A stretch of DNA of 62,272 bases, filler included, from Globobulimina sp. (GCA_003354225.1; 35 parts of 35 records of this genome joined end to end with filler, not necessarily neighbours in it); one strand, 5' to 3'. Shown: positions 25,091 to 38,225, counted from the first letter of the whole stretch. A program made the numbers and translations. Notes: generated by a model not told the origin, from the letters alone.

Positions 25091-25243
25091 TTATTAATTC
25101 TGTATTACATTCACTTGTCTCGGTGTAGAATCTTTATGTTGATCCGATTTTTTATAGTATATTTGCATTCCGTTTGCAAAGCCAATGCAAACTTTATATT
25201 GATATGATTAAATCACGCAAAACAATCAAAACCATTAATAAAT

Positions 25244-25768
25244 TCAGTCACTTTGATGTTTCACCTTTGTATCATAATAAGTATATTTTTTACTTGATCC
25301 TTTCACTACATTGGCTGGATATTTTTTGTTATTTTTTTTCATTTTATCAATGACTGCATGCTTCATATTAACATTGCATACATCTGCCAAACGGCATAAA
25401 TAGATTAAAATATCTGCCATCTCTTCCCCTAAATGTGTTTTGTCACATTCATCAAATGATGGCAGACCAGGTTTCACTTCTCCTTTCCATTGAAATATCT
25501 CGCTTAACTCTCCAATCTCTCCAACCAATGCTAACAGTAAATTTCTTGGCGTGTGATATTGTTCCCAATCTCTCACATTTACAAAGTTGGAAATCATATT
25601 TTTGATTGAATCAATTGTAATATCATCTTTATCTGATTCTGTTTCTATTTGTTTTGCTTCCATAGACTCAAACTTGTCCTCATTAATTCCATTATCATTA
25701 TTATCTGATGCTTCCAATGCATGAATCAGTTTATCGACTTTGTACAGTGCCAGAGTGAGATCTGCCAT
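25244..25768 (-). CDS. DCTPP1: dCTP pyrophosphatase 1 (MazG-like)
   Basis: FVNVRDWEQYHTPRNLLLALVGEIGELSEIFQWKGE..EEMADILIYL..KYPA..GSSKKY. Confidence 0.95.
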   Translation of the reverse strand: MADLTLALYKVDKLIHALEASDNNDNGINEDKFESMEAKQIETESDKDDITIDSIKNMISNFVNVRDWEQYHTPRNLLLALVGEIGELSEIFQWKGEVKPGLPSFDECDKTHLGEEMADILIYLCRLADVCNVNMKHAVIDKMKKNNKKYPANVVKGSSKKYTYYDTKVKHQSD

Positions 25769-25989
25769 TTAGTAATGCTTCAAAACTTTATATTTTCAGC
25801 ACAAACAAAATAGAAACTTGTGACCAAGTGAAGTCTTTCCTTTTAGAACCTATGTGATTAGCACAATATGCATTTTTGCTTTATCGTAAAAATCTATTTC
25901 GTATTAAACAGAAAAATGCCTACTCAAAAGGAAACGTTGAAATTTTAAAAAACAACAACAAAAAGCATGTACAAGACAGTTTTTTTATT

Positions 25990-26641
25990 TTATTCAATTA
26001 ATATAATTGTAAATCCGATTAATAATGTAATATAAAGCATATTACAAACAATCGGAGATGCTTTACCCACATCCTCGGTAGTCTGAGTCTCCGTGCCAGC
26101 ATGAGAAGGAGCCGATGTTGTTGGGACCACCGTAGAAGGAGCACTGGTTGGCGATGTTGTGGTTGCTACCATAAACTCATCCGATTGCATAAAACTAATC
26201 GCACCCTCATTCGCTACAATATGATAGGTATAAGCAACCACACCGTTAAAAGAATCAATCGCAAGTTGCAAAGGATAAGCATACGCATTATAATCACTGG
26301 TATCGACATACGAATAATATTGAATTTCAACAGCATCCATCTCACCGGGAACATACAAACCAAAACCAACTCCACTCTCATTTGCAGATATATAATCACG
26401 AGTACTTATAATGATAACTCCATTGGAAGACGCAATCGAAGAAGCCCTCATATCCAACACATCGCTGTCGTATCCAAAAGTACCACTGTCAATATCATAT
26501 ATTCCGAGCGCGTATATACTGCGCCAACCAAAGGGCTGAGCCTCCACCATATACACAATCCCATCCATCACGGTACAATCAAACGGCCAAAACGGTCGGG
26601 GATATAAACCATTTTGATCAGTTATATTTTGGTGTGAATAT
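25990..26641 (-). CDS. C-terminal part of a surface protein with S/T/P stalk and GPI/TM signal (5' truncated)
   Basis: Beta-rich region, TTSPTSAPS repeats, terminal hydrophobic tail. Confidence 0.65.
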
Positions 26642-26741
26642 NNNNNNNNNNNNNNNNNNNNNNNNNNNNNNNNNNNNNNNNNNNNTTAATTAATTAANNN
26701 NNNNNNNNNNNNNNNNNNNNNNNNNNNNNNNNNNNNNNNNN

Positions 26742-28395
26742 TTTGTGTTTCTATTTCATAAGCATTGTAGTTATTATTTAGTTTTGAATTAGTATGAGAT
26801 GCACTAAATTTATGATACATATTATTTGATCCCATTTTAGGGAGATAATCGTGTTCAATATCTGCGGTACACATCGTACCCATCGTTCCTGTGCTGTTTC
26901 CCGTGCGTGGCGACAATATGTCCAATGCGAGGTCGTTACTGTTGTTATTGAGATGATGATTGCCGGTATCATCAGTATACGAGGCGGTGTTATTGGTGTG
27001 ATTGGAGGGAATGTATTGATGAATGTGTCTTTGTTTAGGCGACAACTCTTCGCTTTGCGTGCTCTCTTTTTCATCCTCATATTCTTCATATTGTTGATCT
27101 TCGTCATAATATTCCTCGTCATATTCCGTATCGGATGAATGTGTCGATTGGCTCGACTCCTCCTCCTCGTTATCAATAACTTGTTTCTGATAGTCGGCAT
27201 AATCATAATTTTGCGACACATTGTCAGGTACGATTGGCATCATATTTTGTGGTACATCCCCCGGTTTTATTTGTGGTATTCCTGGTAAATAATCATCATA
27301 TAAATGCTCTGCCTCAGCTTCTTCGATATCTATTAAATCGGAATCATCAGTGTCTATTTCTTCTTCTTCAGTGTCAGTGTCTTGCTCATCAGAGTCCATC
27401 TCAATCAATTCGTCATTATCAATGGTAATGAGGGTATCGTCATCCATATCGTCGTCCATACTGTGAGCCTGAGCCATATTGTTGGCAATGTTTGCATTGG
27501 CATAGACGTTCTGAGCGCGTGAATCATCGCTGTCATCTAAACTGTCGTCATAGGTACCGGTGTCGTTTATGGTTGACTGGGGCAACGGTGTGCGATTGGT
27601 ACTTGCCATGCTTTCCTTATCTGTGGATTTTGCATTCAAACCCATTTGCGATATGACAGGGTGGATCGGCGGTGGCTGCAAAGTATAATTTGTACTGATT
27701 ACATTCATGGCATCCGTGAAGGATATATTTTCCCCTTTCTTCTCTTTCACAAAATACACCAAATATTTTGGCTCTGTGGGCTCAAAACCATATTCTAAAA
27801 TATATTCTTCATAATATAATTGCATCCGTTGTGGATTGGCATTGCGATTAATGATATCATTTAAATTGCCTTTGCTATCCATGTGATGGGCAGCGCGTAA
27901 TTCTGCATTGTTATATGCGATGATATTATTTACATACTGTCCCGTATCCGGTATACCACTCCGCTGAAACGCGTGATGTTGCTGTTGTTGTGACGAAGAC
28001 TCAGACTTAGACGAATTAGAGTGTTTCTTTGTTTTTTTTGCGTTTTTATGTTTAGCATCACCTGCATAGACTGGCGGTGCCTGCTGTCCCTGTTCATGTT
28101 CCTCTTCTTGAGAGGATGAGAAAGACGGACTATTCTCGCCATCCATATCCATGTCATTTGTATTTACAGTGATTTCAATCAATTCAGAGTCGGTAAAATC
28201 GCTTTTCTGTCCATGATTATCAGCAATCACATCCAATAAATCAGACGGGCTGTTATCACCGCCACGTTTCTGCTTTTTGCGACTACTTTGATGAATTTGA
28301 TGAATTTGACTATTCTGATTCCTTTGGCTCAAGCTCTCATTCATGTCGTTATGAATAACAATGACTGGCCGTTTATTAATTTTATTATGATGCAT
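26742..28395 (-). CDS. Acidic low-complexity protein with a small central globular motif (truncated)
   Basis: ~550 codons open; D/E tracts; YEEYILEYGFEP..LVYF motif. Confidence 0.7.
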
Positions 28396-28523
28396 CTGGA
28401 TCTCCCCCGCGTGACTATTCGGCNNNNNNNNNNNNNNNNNNNNNNNNNNNNNNNNNNNNNNNNNNNNTTAATTAATTAANNNNNNNNNNNNNNNNNNNNN
28501 NNNNNNNNNNNNNNNNNNNNNNN

Positions 28524-29654
28524 CTCTGGATTTGTGCAATCTATTGATGTTGGTGATAAAGCCGGTACTTCGACCATTTCAGGCGCTTGTGACGAGATTG
28601 AAATGACTGAATGAGAATTGGATTGCACAGACATTTGTTTTTCCACTTTTGGGCCGGTTTGATGACAAGATTTAGAATTAATATTTGTATACTCAACAGA
28701 TTCAGCTTGTGGTGGTTTAGCAGCCACTTCAACTTCCATCATTGCAATTATTTTTTCTTGATCGTAATTTGTCTCTAAAAATGCATCCACAATTACACCA
28801 CATTTTGCATGCACACAAAAACATAATGACAAATAATAAGAATTGAACACATTATACGATAACATAACCGATAGAAATTTCACAAATTTATCCAAAGTAG
28901 AAATAAATAAATGAATTCCTTGCCCAACATGCGTACTTTGAGAGTTATGTCGATTCCACGTCAGAGTCAAATCAATAACAGTAATAATTACACAAAATGA
29001 AATTAATATAGTTCTCCTTGTGATGACTTCTTCAAATTGTTTATCGTTTTCTGACGATGTTAATTTGGTTTGTTTATGAATTGATGCTAATTTGGTTATG
29101 AATAAATAAGCGATGGCAATGGTTAAAAATAAAATTGTAATCGTCGCTAATACAGTAATCAATGCATGCAATACAGAAACGGAAAGAAACCATAATATAC
29201 AAACTAAAAAAATAAAAACAGCTTCGAATCCAAATATTAAACCGAATGCATACACTGCAAATTTTGATAACTGTAAACATGTGCCACGAAATACAGTGTT
29301 TAATTGAAGAAAATATGTGAATAATAACAAGTAATATTGAATGTACCATAATGCATACAATGCCCTTTTTGTTGTTTGTTCGAGTCGAAAATAATTGCTT
29401 TTGGAAAGGTCGCCAGAATAATTCATTATGCAGGAAACATTTGAAATGGAATAAAAAATAAATATACTTAAAGATGCTATGGCAAATGTTAAACTAATAT
29501 ACCATGTTTTTGATTCGCCATCATCTTCATTGATAATGTTAAATTTAATAAACCTGCACATGACATATATTATAAACACAATAATTGCAATGCATAGTAT
29601 TTGATGACTAACTGCATACACAAAATATTCAACCTGTTCGCAACTTGATGACAT
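28524..29654 (-). CDS. Divergent 7TM GPCR-like protein (3' truncated)
   Basis: About seven hydrophobic segments, then YLSLCFCVHAKC and a S/T-rich tail. Confidence 0.7.
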
Positions 29655-29717
29655 TTGATTTTTACAAAAGAAAACTGTACGCCCGAAAACTCTGTTTAAT
29701 TAAAAACAAAGGCAACA

Positions 29718-30205
29718 ATGGGTCAATCAGGTAGCAAATCTAAAAAACAAGGGCTTTTAGGAAATTCATCAAGCAAAAAAAAAGGTGATGACGGCTGTAT
29801 TGGAAATCGTAAAGGTAACTATATTTAGCTATCATTAAATATATGATATAATAATAATATATACATAGTGCGTACAATTACAATATGCATATTATTGATT
29901 ATATTTGGTTTGTTTTTCTGCTTAATTTATACATAATATCTATACTTATATCATAATAACATTATTTTTTGATCGACATCAGTGGTATTTGCAGCAGCAT
30001 ATTGTTTTAAGCAAAAAGATGATTGGAATGACTTAGTCAACATAGATATATTAAATGTATGTGATGCTTGTAAAAAAGCACGAAATGCATGGACAATTAT
30101 CGTAATTGGAGGATTTGTTACCATTGGATTTGCAATTTTGACCGTATTATTATTCTTCGTTGATGTAAATGAGAACATGGCTAAAGTTTGTGGCATTGGA
30201 TTAAT
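29718..30205 (+). CDS. N-myristoylated small multi-pass membrane protein, claudin-like (3' truncated); introns 29815-29868 and 29908-29982
   Basis: Spliced MGQSGS..GNRK|VRTITICILLIIF|VVFAAAYC..CDAC..TM; phases consistent. Confidence 0.6.
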
Positions 30206-31901
30206 NNNNNNNNNNNNNNNNNNNNNNNNNNNNNNNNNNNNNNNNNNNNTTAATTAATTAANNNNNNNNNNNNNNNNNNNNNNNNNNNNNNNNNNNNNNN
30301 NNNNNAGCGGGAATAAAATGAAATGGAAGCTCACGGTGCAGTTCATTGTCGTGTCCAAGGCGCCCATCGAGAAATTTGGTTTGCGGGACTGAGATGGCTA
30401 TGTAGGACCGTTGGAATTCCCCGCCGTGGTGTTCCGAGGCGTTACGGGTAACAAGTTATCATCCAAACAAACAGCGCAAGATCCATAATATAAAACCTTT
30501 GCGTTATGTGGTGTTGAGGGATGAGATGAAATTGGGAGATACGATGGGGGCGAATGGGCCGATTGGATTGTATGAGATTATCAATACGTGTTTAGTATAC
30601 CCTTCAATATGAGAGGAACCTCGCAACCAGGGCCCATTGTGTACGCCAAACATTATGCCGAGACATTCGCGCAAATGATATTGAAGGATGATGAGAATTC
30701 GCAAATGATATTGAAGGCTGATGGAGTTGTTTTGTAACTTTTGCTGAGTGCAAGGATATATGTGGTATTTTTTGTGAATGTTTATTTGTTTTTTGTAATA
30801 TCTGTTTATCTAAGTCATCTTACTCATTCTTGTGTGTGTTGTTAAGATTATGTAATATAAAAAAAATGAAAATACTTATCGAACAGATTGCATTTTTGAG
30901 AAACGTTTGATAAGTTTTTGAAAAAATCAGCACTTATCGGAAAGCCCTAATATGTGAGCAAAGTTTTTCATGGTTGAGTGCTTTTAGAAACATTGTAATA
31001 AATATGAACGCTTTACGGTTTAAAGCATTGGAAACAATGGAGGAGTTAAAATGTGATGGGAAATTGATCATTATAATTGGTAATTATGATTTGGTAATTT
31101 TATAAGTAATTATGATTTGTAGCTGACCTTTACACTACCTCTGAACCAAAACTCAGTCTAACTCGCGCAAAAGTGTCTTTTGTCTTTTTGTCTTTTTTTA
31201 AAAATATGGGAATAGATGGACAGACAGAAAAATATGTGAGAACTGAATGCTTGGAATAAGTGATAAAAGTAGTTTGATAGTGAAAAGTATCTATGGACCA
31301 AAGTGAGCCAGTGTTGTTATTATGCTTGCGAGCATGTTCTTTTTAGAAATCTACCCGATTAAATAAAGTTTTCGTTTTTAACATTATATGAAAAACCTTA
31401 AAATGTTAACTAAGAAACCAATCAATTCACCAGATGGGCGGTTCTTTTAACATTATATTTTTAACCTATTTTCCTTCCCATAAGCAGTATTTCTAAAGAA
31501 GCATAATAAATATCTTATTAAAATTGGCTGTGTCATTTTTTTTTCGGCAAAATATTGTACCAGAAGGGCGCGCCCCTCACCTTAAAAACTTTTTTTTGGA
31601 AACACGTTATTAGCCACGAAATTACTGCCTTCTGGTAAAATACTACAACTAGGCGGTAATCTTCAAAACAATATAAGAATGTTCCTGCAATATAAATTCA
31701 GAGCAGTTTGTATCCAGCTGGCCAGCATAGCGGCCATTTATTTATGAGACTGCCATTTTTTCGGTACTTTGACTAGGCTGTATTTACAAATTTACTTCAC
31801 AGTTCACACAAAAAATTAAATAACAACAAAAACGTGGCATGCAGAATCATTAACAATTTGAAATTGTGAATAGAATAAAATAAATTAAATATTTTGTTCT
31901 T

Positions 31902-31980
31902 GAGAGTCAGCCACTTGCATAGTGGTAACAGTATGCGTCTGCGTCATAGTCGCCGTAGGCTCGAACTCGGCGTCCCTCTC
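31902..31980 (+). pseudogene. Degenerate tRNA-like element
   Basis: TAGTGGTAA..AGTAT D-arm-like segment, GGCTCGAACTC B-box-like, GAGAG/CTCTC ends. Confidence 0.3.
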
Positions 31981-32297
31981 TCTGGTCNNNNNNNNNNNNN
32001 NNNNNNNNNNNNNNNNNNNNNNNNNNNNNNNTTAATTAATTAANNNNNNNNNNNNNNNNNNNNNNNNNNNNNNNNNNNNNNNNNNNNTTCCATTTAACCA
32101 ACGAACAAATCGCAAATATAATGAGGATTGTAGCAACCATTGATGTTTTAGAACGAAACGAGACCAAACGCATGGTTATATTATAGATAGCAGTGCTGGG
32201 AATTATAGTTGACTTGAAAGTTTTTAATATCGATAAGTTATACTTTTTATACAGAAACAGTCTGACGGACTCGGAAAAAAGTAGAAGCTAAAAATAA

Positions 32298-33332
32298 TCA
32301 GAGAGTAACAACATTCCATAATTTCTTCATTGTAATGTCTTTATTTGGAATTGCTTCTATGGCCAAACCAATTTCATCATTAAATACAACATTATGATCA
32401 TTTTTTTTCCCAGCATCAGCATAATATGAAGCAGTATTAAATCCAAAATCCACTTCATCACTTTGTAAAATTTCAACTTTATCTGTTTCATGTTTTATTG
32501 TAACTTGTTCTAACGGTAATTGTTTATTTTTACTATTAAATTTGACGCCAAATATAGGGTTTTTACTGTATACCTTCCATAATGAATATATTTCATCTTT
32601 TACAGATTGCAATTTATCTTCGGGATCAACTCTAAAACCCAACACATAGGAACCGGATAATTGTGTTGTTTCAATAACCAATGCCAGTCCAAATTTACTA
32701 TTTCGTTTTGTAATAATTTTAATTTGTAAATATGGTATGGAAACATTGAAATTTTCTGCGAGATTGGCAAACCACACAACACGTATATTTGTAATAAAAA
32801 ATGAGCCTAAATTGCCTTGTTCCGAGGACAAATTCCAAACTCCATTGATTTTATCTAATATTTGCTCGTCGGGCAAAGTGATTAAATCGTTGTCCCTAAT
32901 AATAGATCCTCTTAATTTTAAATCTCGATATAATTTGCTTGTCTCATACGCGCGAAATACCGATTGAGCCGTTGTAAATAATCGCGGCGATTTGTTAATC
33001 AATGACGTAAATATAAATTCAAAACGTGTTCCACCAAATTTTGCCATCACAAATAATGCTTCGGAATTGCCGCGTAACCGACTCTTTGCCATTCGAATGG
33101 ATGTATTGACAATGGAATCATAACCAATTGATAAGTTTATTCGTGCATTTTTATGTGATATCCAAATTACACGTAAATTTGTGCAATTTAGTGCTCCCTT
33201 TTCACCATTATTTCCTTTTGTATCTTCTACTGAATTTATGGTATCAATTTCAAATTCACCTTTTACCAAAGATAGATCATTCAATGGTTGGTCGAACCGT
33301 ATTTCACGATCTTGCCAGAAAGAGTCAAACAT
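32298..33332 (-). CDS. BBS5: Bardet-Biedl syndrome 5 protein (BBSome), intronless
   Basis: WQDREIRFD, EDTKGNNGE, TNLR, TRFEFIFT, YETSKLYRDLKLRG, GVWNLSSEQGNLG, GLAIE. Confidence 0.98.
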   Translation of the reverse strand: MFDSFWQDREIRFDQPLNDLSLVKGEFEIDTINSVEDTKGNNGEKGALNCTNLRVIWISHKNARINLSIGYDSIVNTSIRMAKSRLRGNSEALFVMAKFGGTRFEFIFTSLINKSPRLFTTAQSVFRAYETSKLYRDLKLRGSIIRDNDLITLPDEQILDKINGVWNLSSEQGNLGSFFITNIRVVWFANLAENFNVSIPYLQIKIITKRNSKFGLALVIETTQLSGSYVLGFRVDPEDKLQSVKDEIYSLWKVYSKNPIFGVKFNSKNKQLPLEQVTIKHETDKVEILQSDEVDFGFNTASYYADAGKKNDHNVVFNDEIGLAIEAIPNKDITMKKLWNVVTL

Positions 33333-33411
33333 GTATTAAATATTAAAGAGTCGGAATTTCGTTCATTGGTATATTTTTTGAAAAAAATTGCAACGCGCTC
33401 TGCATGTGATC

Positions 33412-33769
33412 ATGTCAACCTATGCAGTCTTTACAAGGAAAATACGGTTACAATTATTAGTAAGTGGATATGTCAGAAAATATCAGTATCAATACATCCA
33501 TGTGGATATTATTAGTGTCATTCATGCATTCCATTATACAACATACAACATATTTGATTTATATTCTATTGGTGACAACGAATATGGACAACAAGGAAAC
33601 GGAGGATATGGACATATTAAAAAAATAACAAAAATAAAAACATTTAAAAAAGAAATAAAAAATATTGTTACTTGTGGTGGTGGTGTTTATGGTGTAGCAG
33701 CATATATTTTATTTAATGATGAAACACATGAATGTTGTGGTTATAATAAAAAAGGTGTATTAGGTGTTG
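33412..33769 (+). CDS. RCC1-repeat protein with N-terminal F-box-like motif (3' truncated)
   Basis: LLVSGYVR..VDIISVI..F; YSIGDNEYGQQG; CGYNKKGVLG. Confidence 0.75.
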
Positions 33770-34120
33770 NNNNNNNNNNNNNNNNNNNNNNNNNNNNNNN
33801 NNNNNNNNNNNNNTTAATTAATTAANNNNNNNNNNNNNNNNNNNNNNNNNNNNNNNNNNNNNNNNNNNNATGCAATCATCAATGGCATCATATTTTAATA
33901 CCCGCGAATCTCTCACTGTGCCATATACCATAATAATATAATATTTTTTGTCGAGTTTCGAATAATAATTAAAACATTTCGTTATATTTAAACTGAATTC
34001 CAACTTTGTGGTTAACTGCGTGCAACTTAGTGCCTCCATTATTTCTATCTTCACACTACAAAAAATTAAAAAACTGTCCAGTCCACGTAATGTAAGCTTT
34101 GTCAAATAAGCTCTCTGACA

Positions 34121-35551
34121 ATGCAGCGAACCTTGACAGATGCCGAGAATAACACAGTGCGTCACTGGAGCGTGCAAGACGTGCTGCTGTGGCTCCAACA
34201 CACTTCCAACGGCATGTTTGAGGAATACTGTCCAATCTTCTCTGAGAATCACGTCCACGGCGAAGCATTGTTGTCACTCAATAATGAAATCTTGAGGGAC
34301 GAGTTTGAAATCAAGAAATACGGCAAACGCTTCGAATTATTGAAAGGGATTCGCAAATTGGCACAAATATCGAGCAAAGGCCCACTGAGCAATGACGCGG
34401 CGCAAATCTCCCAAACGTATCACCGCGGCATGACCCCAAACAGCAACAAGGCCAAGAAAATAATATCCGACGACAACTGGGAGAACCTGGACGTGATCGC
34501 ATCGAACACGAACACGAACATCCTAAATGCGGCCGAATACACCGCCGTAATGAGTGCCGTCGTGAACGAGGTGACCGGCACCGAAATCAGTCAACAAACT
34601 CGCGAGAAACACTCTTTTTATCGCAAACTGTCCAATTTAACGCAGCAAAACCCGGTGGCTTCGAGTCGCAGTGGCAGTGCCCGCGGCGGCTACGAGTTTG
34701 ATGCAAATATGCCAGATTGGGACAACATATCCATTTGCAAAGTATTGCGACATTCATGGGACGATTCCAAACATGAATGGAACTCTAAAATAAGTTATGT
34801 GAAAATCGCACCGCTGCCCTTTGGCCGAGGCTCGCTTCGAATGAGTTATTATTGTCTGAATTGGGGCGAGAATGCAGACAATATTTGCAGCAAAAAACTG
34901 AGTAAACAGCAAAGCAAACACCGCAAACTGAAGACCTTCGAGAATGTGGACGAACAGTTACTGTTCAACAAATTGATCGGAAATAAGAATGTGTTCGGCG
35001 GCAAACTGTGTGTCGCCAAGAAAAACTTAATTCGGTTTATGCGACAGTTTGGAGGCGTATTTCTATGACGTTCGCACGCAATGCGAGTCGCAGAAATACG
35101 CCAAACTGTACAATTCGCACTGTCCGCCCAAGAAAGTGGCATTTTTGGAGGCCTCGGTCATTGAGGTGATGGACGACAGCGTGGCGGCGATGGACTGCTT
35201 TTATTCGTACATAAAACACCTCGATAACCATGGCGGCGACGAAAAGAATAGCAACACACCGTCGGCGTTGGCGCATTTTAGCTACGAATGCAGCAATCAG
35301 CGGCTGTTGGTGTGCGACATCCACAGATCCACACTTCCCACGGCAAAGGATATGGAATGGGCAATTTGGGCAATGACGGCATCATAAAGTTCTTCAAAAC
35401 GCACGAATGCAATGCCATTTGTAAGCATTTCAAGTTTGCATCCTCGAGCCATTTGGGAATGGGTAGTATCGATTTGATTTATGGGACACGACCGGATCAA
35501 CAATATATGAAACCGCAGCGGATCGACCTTTGCGACGCCATACACATTGAT
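34121..35551 (+). pseudogene. SAM-domain plus alpha-kinase (eEF2K/MHCK-like), frameshifted with internal deletions
   Basis: SAM WSVQDVLLWL..F.EN.VHGEALL; kinase PFGRGSLR, VAK, FNxx-like KLYN, ALAHFSYE, LLVCDI, PQIHT..GNLG..FF..HECN.IC, spread over three frames. Confidence 0.85.
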
Positions 35552-35706
35552 NNNNNNNNNNNNNNNNNNNNNNNNNNNNNNNNNNNNNNNNNNNNTTAAT
35601 TAATTAANNNNNNNNNNNNNNNNNNNNNNNNNNNNNNNNNNNNNNNNNNNNTTAATAATTGAATTTAAGTGAAAACTTTGTGAAAAACAGCAAGTTCAGT
35701 GAACTG

Positions 35707-36481
35707 ATGGAAGAAAATTCAAACACCATTGTTTATAATGGAAACAAACTGTTAAAAACAATATCACTCAAAGATAAATCATTAGTCATTGGATATTAAT
35801 ATTTCAGACTGTCACAGTACGGATTAAATTGAACAGTATTCCACCATCGATAGTTATAATTAATTATTGTGTTTTGTTTGCATTTTTGAGATTAATGGTG
35901 TTTGATTAATATTCATTTGGAGTAAATTCTAAAAGAATGCAAATAATGAATGAATCCGTGGGAGATTAAATGTAATGTTTGGTCTCATATAATCATAATG
36001 TCTGTGATGGATCGTGGGGAAGCTCTGCCAGATTAAAATATGCGATGCCCATTGCGTCCAACAATACCAATATTAAATCAATTTAATTCCATGGCAAATT
36101 CATATGCATCCAAAACAAACTAAATCATTCCCCAATGCATATAATATTATTTTATTGGTGTCACATCCCATCGAACAAGAAATTTTGGTCTCAATTCATA
36201 TCATATTTTAATTGGTTTGAGAGACAATTACGGTGTCAATGGAATTTAAATCCAGGTCAGGTTCATCACGGTACAAAGGATCATATCATATTTATGTCAG
36301 CGACTATAACGGATATGAAAGAAACTCAAAAATCAGACTCGAATACAATTTAAGCCCTTTTTACTCATTGAAATTGCCAAAGGATAGCGACCAAATCACC
36401 CATTGGTATCCACTGATATCATTAAGAGATAATGGTGATAGTTGTAAATTGTCCAAACATGTACGTATATGTTATAAGTAG
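35707..36481 (+). pseudogene. Degraded F-box-like motif protein (possibly with SPRY-like C-terminus)
   Basis: KDKSLVIGY*..IPPSI..NYC and WYPLISL..NGD in broken frames. Confidence 0.35.
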
Positions 36482-36595
36482 CTCTGCCTGACAACTATTT
36501 GTGTGATGCTTCAAAATCAAAATCTAATTGCAATAGAGTAGTTTAAAGGAGCGTAGTGGTCGCATGTCTAGGGATCCTTAATTGCAATATCATGG

Positions 36596-36650
36596 GAATG
36601 TTTAACCCCCGAACTTAGTTAGTCTTAGTCTTAGTCTAATGACTTAGACT
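36596..36650 (-). repeat. Dispersed repeat, copy 3, with TTAGTC units and AGTCTAA/TTAGACT hairpin
   Basis: 30/31 identity to the reverse complement of 23186-23216. Confidence 0.8.
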
Positions 36651-36693
36651 TTTGCACTATTATGTTGCAACTATGTATCATGTTATTAATAAA

Positions 36694-37333
36694 TTACATA
36701 TTTTCCTGTTGAACTTGCTTTATCCATTGCTTTAAAATATCCTTTTCCTGTTGCCTCGCATTGATAATATCTTGCGTATCCGAAGCCGATGAACCTCTCA
36801 TATCTGAATGATGGGCGCCATTTGGAATTACAATTGCAATCAACGAATCCGACATATTTTTCAATACGCCACCTGCACTCCAACCATCTTACATATTTAA
36901 CACGCATTTTTTGTATTTTTTAACACAACAACACATTCAATGAAAATTACCTTGTTCACCATTACTAAATATTATTCGTGATGTAATGTCTGCAAATCTA
37001 CTCTCAAAATATGGAGCAGCTAAACCAAATTCTTTCTCCATCCACGATTCTCGGTCACTTGCTTTAATTTTAAATCGTGACATACAATGCTGATCCAACC
37101 AATCCATGGACCACGCATACACAGGAAACATATCCGTCACATTATTGGTCGAGAATGGTTCAATATTTTGCGAGCATGCCTTAATTATTAAAAAAAACAA
37201 GAAAAACGAGCCGAAAAACGCAATGCATATATTTATAAATCATATACTGAGTATAATAACTTGATAGTCCCAACTTTCACCATCATAACCTGAGCCGCAT
37301 CCGGTCAAATCACTACAATGAACTGTGACATTT
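36694..37333 (-). CDS. Peptidase S28 (prolyl carboxypeptidase/DPP7-like) C-terminal part; introns 37180-37260 and 36888-36950
   Basis: Spliced WDYQ|ACSQ..DMFP..IIFSNGEQ|DGWSAGG..GAHHSDMR, with catalytic Asp and His motifs. Confidence 0.92.
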
Positions 37334-37433
37334 NNNNNNNNNNNNNNNNNNNNNNNNNNNNNNNNNNNNNNNNNNNNTTAATTAATTAANNNNNNNNNNN
37401 NNNNNNNNNNNNNNNNNNNNNNNNNNNNNNNNN

Positions 37434-38134
37434 ATCAAGTAAAGCTCCATAATGCATCGCAAGTCGCTCCAGTCCATATAGTTGCTGTCGTATATTTGCT
37501 AGCTGTGACGTTGTGACATTCTGATGGTGACTCCATTGAATGTACAGAAGCAAAGTCCGTATACATGAGCAACATATAAAAAACACCGATAATACACCTT
37601 ATGCAAATTGTAAGATACATACAAAATGTAAGGATTGTAAGCAAAGGTACATACATTAAAGAAAAGAATGTGACTGTTACAGCTGCAATGATTTTGGGTG
37701 GATATTCCAAGAATGATCCCCTGAATGTAACGTGAATTAGCGACATAAAGAAGCAATACATGGATAATTTGCCCTGTATATAATGGTGTATTTGTTATAA
37801 AAATGTAATGGTATATTTGTAGAGATTGTATGACATATACCATCATGAAAAAAAGTATATTAATTGTTTGAAGTTGACAGAATACGATGCTATATTTTAT
37901 ATTCACAGTTGGTATGTACCATATTGACTGAATTAAATATAATATGAAGGAGATGAATACAAATAATGTGTATCCAAATAATGATAAGAACGAAAGTTTT
38001 TTCACCAATGGATCAATGTGGTGCGTCGATGTGGTTTTGTTTACTCTCAAACTGAAATGTATGAACGATATTAATAAGAAAATGGCGCAAAAGCCAGATA
38101 TAGTGGCAAATGTCACCATTAATTCATGACCCAT
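37434..38134 (-). CDS. Divergent 7TM GPCR-like protein (3' truncated); intron 37774-37840
   Basis: A 67-nt intron joins FMM|GKLSMYCFFMSLIHVTFRGS; multiple TM segments. Confidence 0.65.
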
Positions 38135-38225
38135 GGTTGAAAATGTTAATTGCAAAACTTGACTACGTACAAAACTCAATCTTTATCAACATCTCTCTTT
38201 CGATCATAGTTCTCCGAGCTAACGA

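Noticed and set aside
24986-25207. Phe-rich membrane peptide ORF
   Set aside because: Translation of a poly-T tract.
30306-31900. Coding relic, ~30-bp direct repeat (30665-30728) and 10-bp inverted repeat (31558/31628)
   Set aside because: Multiple stops, no recognisable family, and repeats too short to define an element.
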